Assembly (NCBI GenBank): GCA_903822525.1
Contig: CAIJPI010000210.1
Span: 1 to 52,822, forward strand
Source of the DNA: an uncultured Bacteroidales bacterium
GTDB lineage: Bacteria > Bacteroidota > Bacteroidia > Bacteroidales > UBA4417
Direction of reading: 5' to 3'
Length of the DNA: 52,822 bases
Position 1 is the stretch's first letter; the number at the start of each line of letters is the position of its first letter. The notes below the pieces were generated by a model that was given only the letters and a program-made list of their open reading frames with translations, had not been told where the DNA came from and ran no database searches. Positions 29,520 to 38,186 of this stretch are shown piece by piece. Both the position numbers and the translations under genes were made by a program.

Positions 29520-29569
29520 AAATAGAAAAGGGCAGTTTTTCCGAAAAAACATTCTGATTATAAAGCAAG

Positions 29570-30016
29570 CTATTTTTTAACCGCTTTATTTACAGGTGTT
29601 GCCTGGTTAACGGGTTTGCCCTGAGCATCTATCATAACCGGCTTTTGCCTGCTAACACCCTGAGATCCTGAACCAGTGCCTTTCCCCTGTACTGCCTTTA
29701 CAGGTGCAGCAGGATGAACTGATTTAGCGGCTGGAACGGAATTGGATTTTACAGCCGGATTTTTCGCCTCCTTGCCAGACTGCGATTTATAACCACCCCT
29801 TTTGAATGCATTAGCCTGCCTTTTTGCTTCGGCAGCCTGCTCAGGAGTCAGAGAATTGTATTTTTTCTGCAATTCAATCTGGCGTGCCTTGTTTTTTTCG
29901 AGATTTGCCTGCTTCTGCTTGTCAGCGGCTATACCGTTCGACTGCGCAAATGAATGCGAGCAAAACAACGAAATGGATAAAAAAAGTGTAAATACAAACA
30001 ATGATTTTAGTTTCAT
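29570..30016 (-). CDS. Secreted hypothetical protein: short coiled coil plus K/P/A-rich low-complexity tail
   Basis: Signal peptide MKLKSLFVFTLFLSISLFCSHSFAQ starting at ATG 30016; basic disordered C-terminus. Confidence 0.65.
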   Translation of the reverse strand: MKLKSLFVFTLFLSISLFCSHSFAQSNGIAADKQKQANLEKNKARQIELQKKYNSLTPEQAAEAKRQANAFKRGGYKSQSGKEAKNPAVKSNSVPAAKSVHPAAPVKAVQGKGTGSGSQGVSRQKPVMIDAQGKPVNQATPVNKAVKK

Positions 30017-30113
30017 TATTTCTGTTTTATTTGTTAGAACTGCTTTTATTATGTTCAATTACATTTGTTTACAGGAAGTAAATAAGCACTGAAATGCTAG
30101 CCCAGAAGCAGCG

Positions 30114-31298
30114 TTATTGTATATATTTATCCCAAAGCTGTGTTCCGTCGGTGGAAGTTCTGTTGAGAAAAATATAACTTCCTCCTGAATTGGAAAGTCC
30201 GGTAATGCAAAATCCGCCGTCGTTCATTTGTATCAAGCCGAAACCCTGATCGATATCCGAACCTCCGTAAGTATTATCCCATTGCATTTCACCTACTGAA
30301 TTTGTTTTAATCAGGTATGCATCCTGGTAGCCGGCACCTTTGCTGTCGGTAACGCCGGTGATGGCAAAACCCCCGTCGGCAGTGGCAATCATAGTTGCAC
30401 CATATTCAAACCCGCTTCCGTTATACACTTTTTCCCATAAAAGTGTACCGGCTGTATCGGTTTTAATAATGACAATTTCCTGGTTCGACGATTCCTGCAA
30501 TGATCCGCCAATTGCCACTCCTCCATCGCTGGTGAGAGCTAACGAAAACCCGATGCCTGAATTGAAAGTCTTTGTCCAAAGACTGTCGCCGGTTGAGGAA
30601 ACTTTCATCAGGAAGATCTTTCCACAGCATGAGTTATATCCGTTCAGCGAACCTGTAACGAAATAGCCGCCATCAGGAGCATGAACAATACTGTAAGCTG
30701 CATCATTTACTGTATCGTAGGGATCAATGCTTTTGGCTCCTATGCTGTTTTCCCATAGGAGTTCACCGGCGTTGTTTATACGCACAAGATATAAATCTCT
30801 GTCGGCATTGGTTGATTTTTGAATATACCCAGCAACCAGGTATCCGCTATCGGCATTTTCATGAGGCAGAACACAAAACCCTTCCGAAAATTGAGATCCA
30901 CCATACTTTATTGATTTAACCAGGCTGCCATCGGCTTCGGTGATAACAACAAACATAGATGGAGAGCCGGCACTTGCTTTATTTGTAAAACCTGTAGCGA
31001 TAAATCCTCCCTCATTCGATTTTTTTACGCTATAAAATGCATCGGAATAGGAGCTGCCAAAACTCTTGCTCCAGAGAGTATCGCCCTTCAGGGGATTTGA
31101 TAACAGAAGCGCTGCATCATACCCTTTTGACGGTGTGGTAGTATACCCGGCAATTACCAGGTTGCCAAAATCATCTGTTGCCAGGCTGTTGCCGCCCCTC
31201 TGGTACTGAGGCTTAATATCTTCTACCTTATTACAGGCAGTAAACACAGTCAGTAATGCGGCCGAAACCAGCAGTGTAGGAAAAGTTTTAAAGTTCAT
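30114..31298 (-). CDS. Lipoprotein, probable beta-propeller
   Basis: Lipobox FTAC; repeated blades LWxKxxGG...DGGxxxxG...DxYLxKxxxxG. Confidence 0.8.
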   Translation of the reverse strand: MNFKTFPTLLVSAALLTVFTACNKVEDIKPQYQRGGNSLATDDFGNLVIAGYTTTPSKGYDAALLLSNPLKGDTLWSKSFGSSYSDAFYSVKKSNEGGFIATGFTNKASAGSPSMFVVITEADGSLVKSIKYGGSQFSEGFCVLPHENADSGYLVAGYIQKSTNADRDLYLVRINNAGELLWENSIGAKSIDPYDTVNDAAYSIVHAPDGGYFVTGSLNGYNSCCGKIFLMKVSSTGDSLWTKTFNSGIGFSLALTSDGGVAIGGSLQESSNQEIVIIKTDTAGTLLWEKVYNGSGFEYGATMIATADGGFAITGVTDSKGAGYQDAYLIKTNSVGEMQWDNTYGGSDIDQGFGLIQMNDGGFCITGLSNSGGSYIFLNRTSTDGTQLWDKYIQ

Positions 31299-31334
31299 TT
31301 AATTCAGAATCAAAAAGTTAATGTCTTAAGGATG

Positions 31335-33488
31335 TTAATTGCGGATATCAAGTTCTTTAATCAGGTTGGTAGCGCCGGCATATTTTTCGATTATAAAGAG
31401 CACATAGCGTATATCGACACAGATAGTACGCTGCAGCTGGGGCTCGAAAGCATAATTACCACTCATGGCCTCCCAGTTTCCATCAAATGCGAGGCCGGTA
31501 AGTTCACCATTACCATTCAGCACCGGGCTGCCTGAGTTTCCTCCTGTAATATCGTTGTTGGTAAGGAAGGCAACTACCATTTTGCCGTTTTCGCCATAAC
31601 GGCCATAATCCTTGTCCTTGTATAGTTGTTTAAGTTTTTCAGGCACCACAAATTCCCAGTTCGAAGGATCTTCTTTTGCCATTAAACCATCGAGGGTAGT
31701 GACATAATTAAAATCGACCGCATCGGCAGGGCTGTAGTCGAGAACTTTCCCATACGTAACCCTCATGGTACTATTAGCATCGGGATAGAAACTCTTGTCG
31801 CTTTGCATTTCACGCAGGCCTTTCACAAACAAACGGCGCCCTTTGGCAAGCAGTTCGTTCGAAGGTTTTACAAGGCTGTCAATAATTGCGGAATTAGCGG
31901 CAAAAGCTTTTTGCAAAGGCCAGGCCGGATCCTTCTGTAAAGTTTTTAACTGTGGGTTCGACAGGAAAAGATCCACTTTCGTTTTATCACTGAAAATAGT
32001 TTTACTGAACACCTTATTTGCATAGGCTTCAAAATTTCCTTTGTACTTTTTATGAATAGTTTCGAGAAATGCCGGTTGCATTTGTTTTGGAACATCATCG
32101 TAATACAATTGCAGCATGGCAGCAAACATTTTAATATCTGTTGCCTCGTTATAGTTCTTGAAGTATTGTTCGGAGGCTTCGCTAGCCTGGCCGGTATAGG
32201 TTTTCACCAACTGCGGATTTGGCTCAGGTTTGGCCAGTTCATCAGCCAGTTTATTGAAGTTCCTTGAAAAAGCAATTATCTCGCATCCCCGCACAATGGC
32301 TTCTGAATTGTAGCGTACAGCTGCTTCATACTTATTAATGGTTTCGTATGCACTCGATATATAGTACAATGCATCCCGGTATTTGATGCTGCGTTCCTTT
32401 TCGCCATTGAGCCATTTAACAAACTGTTCTTCAAGTTCCCTTTTACGGTCAAATACGCCTAATCGTTTAAGCCCTTTGTTCTGACCTATAAAAAACTTCC
32501 AGTAGTTGGCCGAGCCAGCATATTTAGATGCATATTTTATCCGTACCTCCGCATCAGCAGCCATATCGGCACGCAGTATATCCAATTTCTTTGTCCGAAT
32601 CTTAACCACCATAGGATTATTTTTCTCCAACGCCCATTTTATAGTATAGGAGGTAGCATAACGGTCGGTCGACCCTGGATAGCCCATGATCATTTCGAAG
32701 TCGCCAATCTTTTTTTCCTTTATCGAAACCGGGAGAAACTGTTTCGATTGCATTGGGATATTATCAGCAGCATATTCGGCTGGTTTATTTTCGCGGTTGG
32801 TATAAACCCTGAAAACGGAAAAATCGCCTGTATGCCTTGGCCACATCCAGTTATCAGTATCAGCACCGAATTTCCCGATTGAAGAGGGAGGAGCTCCAAC
32901 AAGCCTGACATCCTTATAAATTTCATACAGGAACAGATAATATTCATTTCCATTGAAGAAAGAAACCGTGCGGGCATCGTATTGCGTTCCTTTGGTGTTA
33001 CTGAATTCAATTTTCTTTGTGTTATCCTTAATTTTTCCAATCCTTTCACTGTCGGTCATATTGTCCTTGACACCGGCAAGCGCTGCTGCAGTAACATCCT
33101 GTATGCTGACTAAAAAACGGGCTGTCAGACCCGGGGTAGGCAATTCCTCTTCATAGCGTGTTGCCCAGAAACCATTGCTCAGGTAATCATGGTCAACGGT
33201 ACTGTGCGATTGAATAGAGCCATACCCGCAATGGTGGTTTGTAAATATTAAGCCGTTAGGAGAAACAATTTCCCCGGTACATCCCCCTCCGAACATGATA
33301 ATTGCATCTTTAAGGCTGGAGTGATTGATGCTGTATATTTCGTCGGCTGTAAGATGAAGGCCTTCCTTCTGCATATCAACATAATTCAGGCGCTGGATGA
33401 ACAAAGGAAGCCACATACCTTCATCAGCACGGCTTTGGAAAGTAATTGCTGATAAAAGTGCAAAAAAGACAAGTGTAATTTTTTTCAT
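31335..33488 (-). CDS. Second S46 family dipeptidyl peptidase, DPP7-type
   Basis: ADEGMWLP, TNHHC, DNWMWPRHTGDF, TGGNSGSPV, FDGNWE; ATG at 33488. Confidence 0.93.
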   Translation of the reverse strand: MKKITLVFFALLSAITFQSRADEGMWLPLFIQRLNYVDMQKEGLHLTADEIYSINHSSLKDAIIMFGGGCTGEIVSPNGLIFTNHHCGYGSIQSHSTVDHDYLSNGFWATRYEEELPTPGLTARFLVSIQDVTAAALAGVKDNMTDSERIGKIKDNTKKIEFSNTKGTQYDARTVSFFNGNEYYLFLYEIYKDVRLVGAPPSSIGKFGADTDNWMWPRHTGDFSVFRVYTNRENKPAEYAADNIPMQSKQFLPVSIKEKKIGDFEMIMGYPGSTDRYATSYTIKWALEKNNPMVVKIRTKKLDILRADMAADAEVRIKYASKYAGSANYWKFFIGQNKGLKRLGVFDRKRELEEQFVKWLNGEKERSIKYRDALYYISSAYETINKYEAAVRYNSEAIVRGCEIIAFSRNFNKLADELAKPEPNPQLVKTYTGQASEASEQYFKNYNEATDIKMFAAMLQLYYDDVPKQMQPAFLETIHKKYKGNFEAYANKVFSKTIFSDKTKVDLFLSNPQLKTLQKDPAWPLQKAFAANSAIIDSLVKPSNELLAKGRRLFVKGLREMQSDKSFYPDANSTMRVTYGKVLDYSPADAVDFNYVTTLDGLMAKEDPSNWEFVVPEKLKQLYKDKDYGRYGENGKMVVAFLTNNDITGGNSGSPVLNGNGELTGLAFDGNWEAMSGNYAFEPQLQRTICVDIRYVLFIIEKYAGATNLIKELDIRN

Positions 33489-33577
33489 TTGCAATGGTGC
33501 TACTGTTAAGTTAAGTGCGACTCTTAAAATGTAAAGTCTGGTTAATTATGGTATTGTCAAAGGATCAGTATGAAAAA

Positions 33578-34669
33578 CTAAACGTATTTTTCCCCTTTGG
33601 TATTGCGGACAGCATCCACATAACTGCGTATATTCTGCTCGTCGTTTCGTTTGCAGATCAGCAGTATGCCATTATCTTCAACCACAATAAGATCTTCAAT
33701 GCCCTGTATAACTGCAACCCTGTCAGATGGCAGGTTGATGATGCAGTTATGAGTATTGTATGTGATAGGTTTTGAACCTATAATAGCGTTCCCGCTCGAA
33801 TCCTTTGCAGATGTATCGTACAGGGAGCCCCAGGTACCCAGATCGCTCCAGCCGATATCAGCAGCCAGCACAAATACATTATCCGCTTTTTCCATAACCC
33901 CGTAATCGATTGAAATGCTTTTGCATATTGTATAAGCACTTTCGATATAATTGGATTCGTACTCGGTGTAATACAACTCGGCTCCGTCTTTAAAAAGCAG
34001 GTTCAACTCAGGAAGATGTTTCTCGAAAGCATTCAGAATACTTTTTACTGACCAGATAAAAATGCCTGAGTTCCAAAGGAAATCACCACTCTGCAGGAAC
34101 GAAACGGCCAGTTCGTGGTTCGGTTTCTCAGTAAAGGTTTTAACTTTTCTTACTTTACATTCTTGCTGATAAGCATGTGTTTCATCAAACTGAATGTAAC
34201 CGTATCCGGTATCGGGTCTGCTTGGTGTAATACCCAGTGTAAGCAGCCAATCGTTATTGGTTGCAGCCTTGAGGGCACAAAGCAAGGTCTGGGTGAACTC
34301 TTCTTCTTTCAGGATAATATGGTCGGAAGGTGCGACAACTACGCTTGCATTAGGATTAAGCTTGTTGATCTTGTGTGTTGCATATGCGATGCAGGGAGCG
34401 GTGTTGCGGCGCATGGGCTCGCAAAGAACATGATCAGGAACAATGGCTGGCAACTGTTCGATAACCTGGTCGAAATACTGCTCGTGGGTTACAACAAAAA
34501 TATTTTCTGGCGGGCAGATACTGGTAAGCCTTCTGAAAGTCTGCTGTATTAGGGTTTCGCCTGTTCCCAGGATATCAATAAACTGCTTGGGGCGCGAATT
34601 GCGGCTAAGAGGCCAGAAACGCGCTCCGACTCCGCCGGCCATTATAACACAATAATAGTCTTTATTCAT
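33578..34669 (-). CDS. manC: Mannose-1-phosphate guanylyltransferase
   Basis: IMAGGVGARFWPLSR..PKQF; EP..RNTAP; PSDH; TGYGYI; FTEKP; WNSG; SIDYGVMEK; GWSDLGTW; TACCTTTG promoter box at 34732-34739 (minus). Confidence 0.93.
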   Translation of the reverse strand: MNKDYYCVIMAGGVGARFWPLSRNSRPKQFIDILGTGETLIQQTFRRLTSICPPENIFVVTHEQYFDQVIEQLPAIVPDHVLCEPMRRNTAPCIAYATHKINKLNPNASVVVAPSDHIILKEEEFTQTLLCALKAATNNDWLLTLGITPSRPDTGYGYIQFDETHAYQQECKVRKVKTFTEKPNHELAVSFLQSGDFLWNSGIFIWSVKSILNAFEKHLPELNLLFKDGAELYYTEYESNYIESAYTICKSISIDYGVMEKADNVFVLAADIGWSDLGTWGSLYDTSAKDSSGNAIIGSKPITYNTHNCIINLPSDRVAVIQGIEDLIVVEDNGILLICKRNDEQNIRSYVDAVRNTKGEKYV

Positions 34670-34813
34670 CCGGATATAATTAATTATAACAATTTATATA
34701 ACAACAATTTGTATGATGGTTGCATTTTTTGCAAAGGTAATAATTCCATTTTCAGATTTACGCACTGAACGATTAAAATATGGATGCTTGTGGTACTGTT
34801 TTTATCTTAAAAA

Positions 34814-34841
34814 GGGGTTGGGGGTTAGGGGTTGGGAGTTA
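34814..34841 (+). repeat. Heptamer tandem repeat (GGGGTTR) x4; G-quadruplex-capable
   Basis: GGGGTTG GGGGTTA GGGGTTG GGAGTTA. Confidence 0.75.
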
Positions 34842-34957
34842 GTGTCTTGACTTACCGATTCTGATGCTACATGACTTATTACCAATCATTTACATTAGGT
34901 TAATTTTTAATAAACTCATTTACAAGCCCGGGCAAATGCAACTCATTTCTGATCTTG

Positions 34958-35572
34958 TTATTCCTGCATCACCTGCGCTGAGCGGGGAACCAGGTAATAT
35001 TTTCGAGTTTCGGGACAAAAACATTTATACCGGGTCCGGAGTTTTTCGAGTTTCACAAACCTCCTGCCGCTGATAAGTGTGAAAGATGCGTTCAGAGGCA
35101 CTTCGTTTACGGTTACTATAATCTTTCCGCCTTCTGCCGAAGCCAGCGTATTTATAAGCCGGGTATCACGGTGAAACGTAGCCGGGGTTTTGATAAAATA
35201 CCTGTGCAACTCTGTAGTGAGGTCATCAGGAAAAACCTTTTCATCAAAGAAAGGCTGCACCAGGGCACGGTATGCTTTTTTCCACTCTGTACCATGCGGC
35301 TTCGCTTTTCTTCCAAATTGTTTCATCACAACCAGATGTGCAAGTTCATGCAAAAAAACCAACAGGAAAGAGTACTCACCCAGATCAGAATTAATCTGAA
35401 TTACAGGCCGCGATCCAAAACGCACACCTTTAAAACTTCCCAGCCTGGTCCGCCGGGGAGCCGTTATCCGGAAAAGAAAATGATGTTCGTTGAAAAGCCT
35501 CTCTGCCAGACTGCAGGCCTGTACCGGAAAGCGTGAAAGAACACCCTCGAGTGTTTCAGGCTTGTACGACAT
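34958..35572 (-). CDS. SprT-like zinc metalloprotease domain protein
   Basis: RRTRLGSF; FLLVFLHELAHL; KPHGTEWK; typical Bacteroidota C-terminal RTRYKC. Confidence 0.88.
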   Translation of the reverse strand: MSYKPETLEGVLSRFPVQACSLAERLFNEHHFLFRITAPRRTRLGSFKGVRFGSRPVIQINSDLGEYSFLLVFLHELAHLVVMKQFGRKAKPHGTEWKKAYRALVQPFFDEKVFPDDLTTELHRYFIKTPATFHRDTRLINTLASAEGGKIIVTVNEVPLNASFTLISGRRFVKLEKLRTRYKCFCPETRKYYLVPRSAQVMQE

Positions 35573-35798
35573 AAAGGGGTTGCTGATACAACTTTATTGC
35601 TTCACCTGCCGAAGGAATCAGCAGGCAACCGCACCTGTTATGACCGGTAGAAGCAGGCGTGCGGTTCCAGTTTCGCTGGCTGTTGTGACTGCTGCTGCTG
35701 CACGCGTTAACTGCCAATAAGGATATAATTGAGACCATGAGAAATAAATGACGTAATCCAGTCCGGGAAGTCATATTTTCTATCATGTTATTTTTCAT
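35556..35798 (-). CDS. Small putative lipoprotein, overlapping the sprT start
   Basis: Hydrophobic stretch ending VNAC, followed by SSSS; CGC motif; 17-nt overlap with sprT. Confidence 0.5.
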   Translation of the reverse strand: MKNNMIENMTSRTGLRHLFLMVSIISLLAVNACSSSSHNSQRNWNRTPASTGHNRCGCLLIPSAGEAIKLYQQPLYVVQA

Positions 35799-35935
35799 TT
35801 TCAGGGATTTAAGGTTATTTTACTGCCATTTCGCTTGTTTTTTCGATACTTATTTCTTCAGTTTGAGTAGAAAATAATTTCCAGCGAATGCTAATCCTAA
35901 AATTTACGCTAATTTAGCACAATTTATTGTACGAA

Positions 35936-36676
35936 ATGAAATTTTTATTCCACTTTGGGCGCTACTTAAGTTTAATACGGCAAGCATTTCAACAGCCTCA
36001 GAAGCAGTCGATATATGTACGACAGATCCTGGTTGAAATGGAAAACCTCGGGCTTGCATCGGTTGGTATTGTTGCAATCATATCCGTATTTATGGGTGCT
36101 GTGGTTGCTATACAAATGGCGTTTAACATTGACACTCCACTTATTCCTTCGTATACTATCGGTTTTGTAACCAGGCAGAGTGTTATACTTGAGTTTTCCC
36201 CTACCATTATCAGCCTGATTCTGGCCGGCAAAGTTGGCTCGAGGATAGCATCGGAGCTGGGGACCATGCGTGTAACCGAACAGATAGATGCCCTTGAGAT
36301 TATGGGAATCAATCCCGCTACCTTTCTTGTACTTCCAAAAATTGTTGCCTCTATGCTTATAAATCCATTCCTGATCGGGATGAGCATGATACTTTCGGTT
36401 GGCGGCGGATGGCTTGCAGGAATTGCAACAGGACTTTTCCCTTCGGCTGAATACATCTACGGCATTCAATCGTTCTTTCATTTGTACGATATATTTTACG
36501 CCCTTATCAAAACGGTGGTATTTGCATTTATAATTGCATCAGTTTCGGCTTACAACGGTTACTACACCAAAGGAGGGGCACTCGAAGTAGGTGAAGCCAG
36601 CACAAACGGGGTTGTATACAGCAGCATAGCCATCATTTTTATGAACCTGATACTCACTCAAATTTTGCTGGCATGA
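35936..36676 (+). CDS. mlaE: MlaE family ABC transporter permease
   Basis: AGKVGSRIASELGTMRVTEQIDALEIMG; GGALEVG. ATG at 35936. Confidence 0.92.
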   Translation: MKFLFHFGRYLSLIRQAFQQPQKQSIYVRQILVEMENLGLASVGIVAIISVFMGAVVAIQMAFNIDTPLIPSYTIGFVTRQSVILEFSPTIISLILAGKVGSRIASELGTMRVTEQIDALEIMGINPATFLVLPKIVASMLINPFLIGMSMILSVGGGWLAGIATGLFPSAEYIYGIQSFFHLYDIFYALIKTVVFAFIIASVSAYNGYYTKGGALEVGEASTNGVVYSSIAIIFMNLILTQILLA

Positions 36677-37431
36677 TAGAGGGTAAAAATATAAGCAAGA
36701 CTTTTGGAGACCGTAAGGTACTCGAAAATGTCTCCCTCACTCTCGAAAAAGGGATTACCAACCTTATTATCGGGCAAAGCGGAATGGGAAAAACTGTACT
36801 GCTGAAATGCCTTGTTGGATTGGTCAAGGCCGATCAGGGGCAGGTTTTCTACGACAACAGGGCATTTTCGAAGATGTCGTTTAACGAAATGAAAGAAATC
36901 AGGCAGGAAATAGGGATGCTTTTTCAGGGTGGTGCCTTATTCGATTCGCTTACTGTTGAGCAAAATGTTATGTTTCCGCTTACCATGTTTACCACCCAAA
37001 CTCCGCAACAAAAACTGGAGAGAGCCAATTTCTGCCTTTCGAGGGTTAATCTGGAGAATGTAAATAAGCTGTTCCCATCGGAGTTGAGCGGTGGGATGAA
37101 GAAGCGCGTCGCTATTGCCCGTGCCATATCCATGAACCCCCGTTATCTTTTCTGTGACGAGCCAAATTCAGGCCTCGATCCGCAGACAGCCCACCTGATT
37201 GATGAACTGATAAAGGAGATCACACTTGAGTACAATATGACTACCGTGGTGGTAACCCACGACATGAACTCTGTTCTCGAAATCGGCGAAAAAATATATT
37301 TCCTGTACCAGGGCAAATTATGGTGGGAAGGGGATAAACACAACATCTTGCATACTGATAATACCGAATTGCAGGCTTTTGTATTTACGTCGGAACTTAC
37401 TAAAAGATTGAGACCTAAAAAAGGGGGTTAA
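36673..37431 (+). CDS. mlaF: MlaF family ABC transporter ATP-binding protein
   Basis: Walker A GQSGMGKT; LFQGGALFDS; LSGGMKKRVAIARA; DEPNSGLDP; ATGA overlap with mlaE. Confidence 0.92.
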   Translation: MIEGKNISKTFGDRKVLENVSLTLEKGITNLIIGQSGMGKTVLLKCLVGLVKADQGQVFYDNRAFSKMSFNEMKEIRQEIGMLFQGGALFDSLTVEQNVMFPLTMFTTQTPQQKLERANFCLSRVNLENVNKLFPSELSGGMKKRVAIARAISMNPRYLFCDEPNSGLDPQTAHLIDELIKEITLEYNMTTVVVTHDMNSVLEIGEKIYFLYQGKLWWEGDKHNILHTDNTELQAFVFTSELTKRLRPKKGG

Positions 37432-37506
37432 TGTGGGATGTGGGATGTCGGATGTGGGATGTGGGATGTCGGATGTTTGATTCGGATGTGGGATGTGGGA
37501 ATGGGA
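37431..37506 (+). repeat. Heptamer tandem array (ATGTGGG/ATGTCGG), about 11 units
   Basis: (ATGTGGG ATGTGGG ATGTCGG) x2, then degenerate units and two more ATGTGGG. Confidence 0.85.
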
Positions 37507-37526
37507 GAAAAGGATGCAATTCACGA

Positions 37527-37559
37527 CCCTAAACCCCAACACCTAAATCCTAACCCCTA
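37527..37559 (-). repeat. Degenerate heptamer array, complement of the GGGGTTR type
   Basis: CCCTAAA CCCCAAC ACCTAAA TCCTAAC CCCTA on the plus strand. Confidence 0.65.
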
Positions 37560-37637
37560 TTTTCAGAGGAAACATTTCCCAAATACAAAATTCAAAACAG
37601 CTGCTATCTACATATACAAACAACCTGAATAAAGAAC

Positions 37638-38177
37638 ATGTCGACATTAGATATCATACTTGCTCTTTTCCTGTTTTACTTTGCCTTCAAAGGTTTTACC
37701 AGCGGGTTTATAATCAGCATAGCCACCCTGATAGGGCTGGTACTTGGCTTTTATGCGGCTTCGCATTTCTCGGAGTTTACTTCAAACTGGCTTCAGCATG
37801 ATATGGGCCTGAAAAGCGGAAATATCCGGCTTATTGCCTATATCGTGACATTTGTGATCGTTGTGGTGCTGATTTTTTTGCTTGGCAGGTTTTTGACAGG
37901 AGCAGTTAAAACTGCAGGGCTTGGCATTGTGAACCGCCTGGCAGGAGCCCTGTTAGGCATAGCAAAAGGGTTGCTGATCGCGAGTTTCCTGTTTCTGCTT
38001 TTTGCCCGCATCGACCCGCACGGGAGCTTATTTACAGATTCGCATAAGAAGGGCTCCGTTTTGTATAAACCTGTTTCGGCTGTTGCACCTGCTGTAATTC
38101 CTCTGCTTCAGAAATATACCGTACAGGTTCAGGACCTGATGCACCGTGATGATTCTGGCGCGCAGCCCGCTAAATAG
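37638..38177 (+). CDS. cvpA: CvpA family (colicin V production) membrane protein
   Basis: LDII...FKGFTSGFI; LGIVNRLAGALLGIAKG; SVLYKPV. Confidence 0.88.
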   Translation: MSTLDIILALFLFYFAFKGFTSGFIISIATLIGLVLGFYAASHFSEFTSNWLQHDMGLKSGNIRLIAYIVTFVIVVVLIFLLGRFLTGAVKTAGLGIVNRLAGALLGIAKGLLIASFLFLLFARIDPHGSLFTDSHKKGSVLYKPVSAVAPAVIPLLQKYTVQVQDLMHRDDSGAQPAK

Positions 38178-38186
38178 GCTTCCTTT

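Noticed and set aside
15245-33488. Invertible segment bounded by the two oppositely oriented S46 genes
   Set aside because: The paralogues are clearly diverged at DNA level and no recombinase is present; nothing in the sequence indicates inversion.
37318-37632. ORFs 37438..37632 (MWDVGCG...) and 37318..37542 (HPTSDIP...)
   Set aside because: These are translations of the heptamer arrays with no other coding signal.
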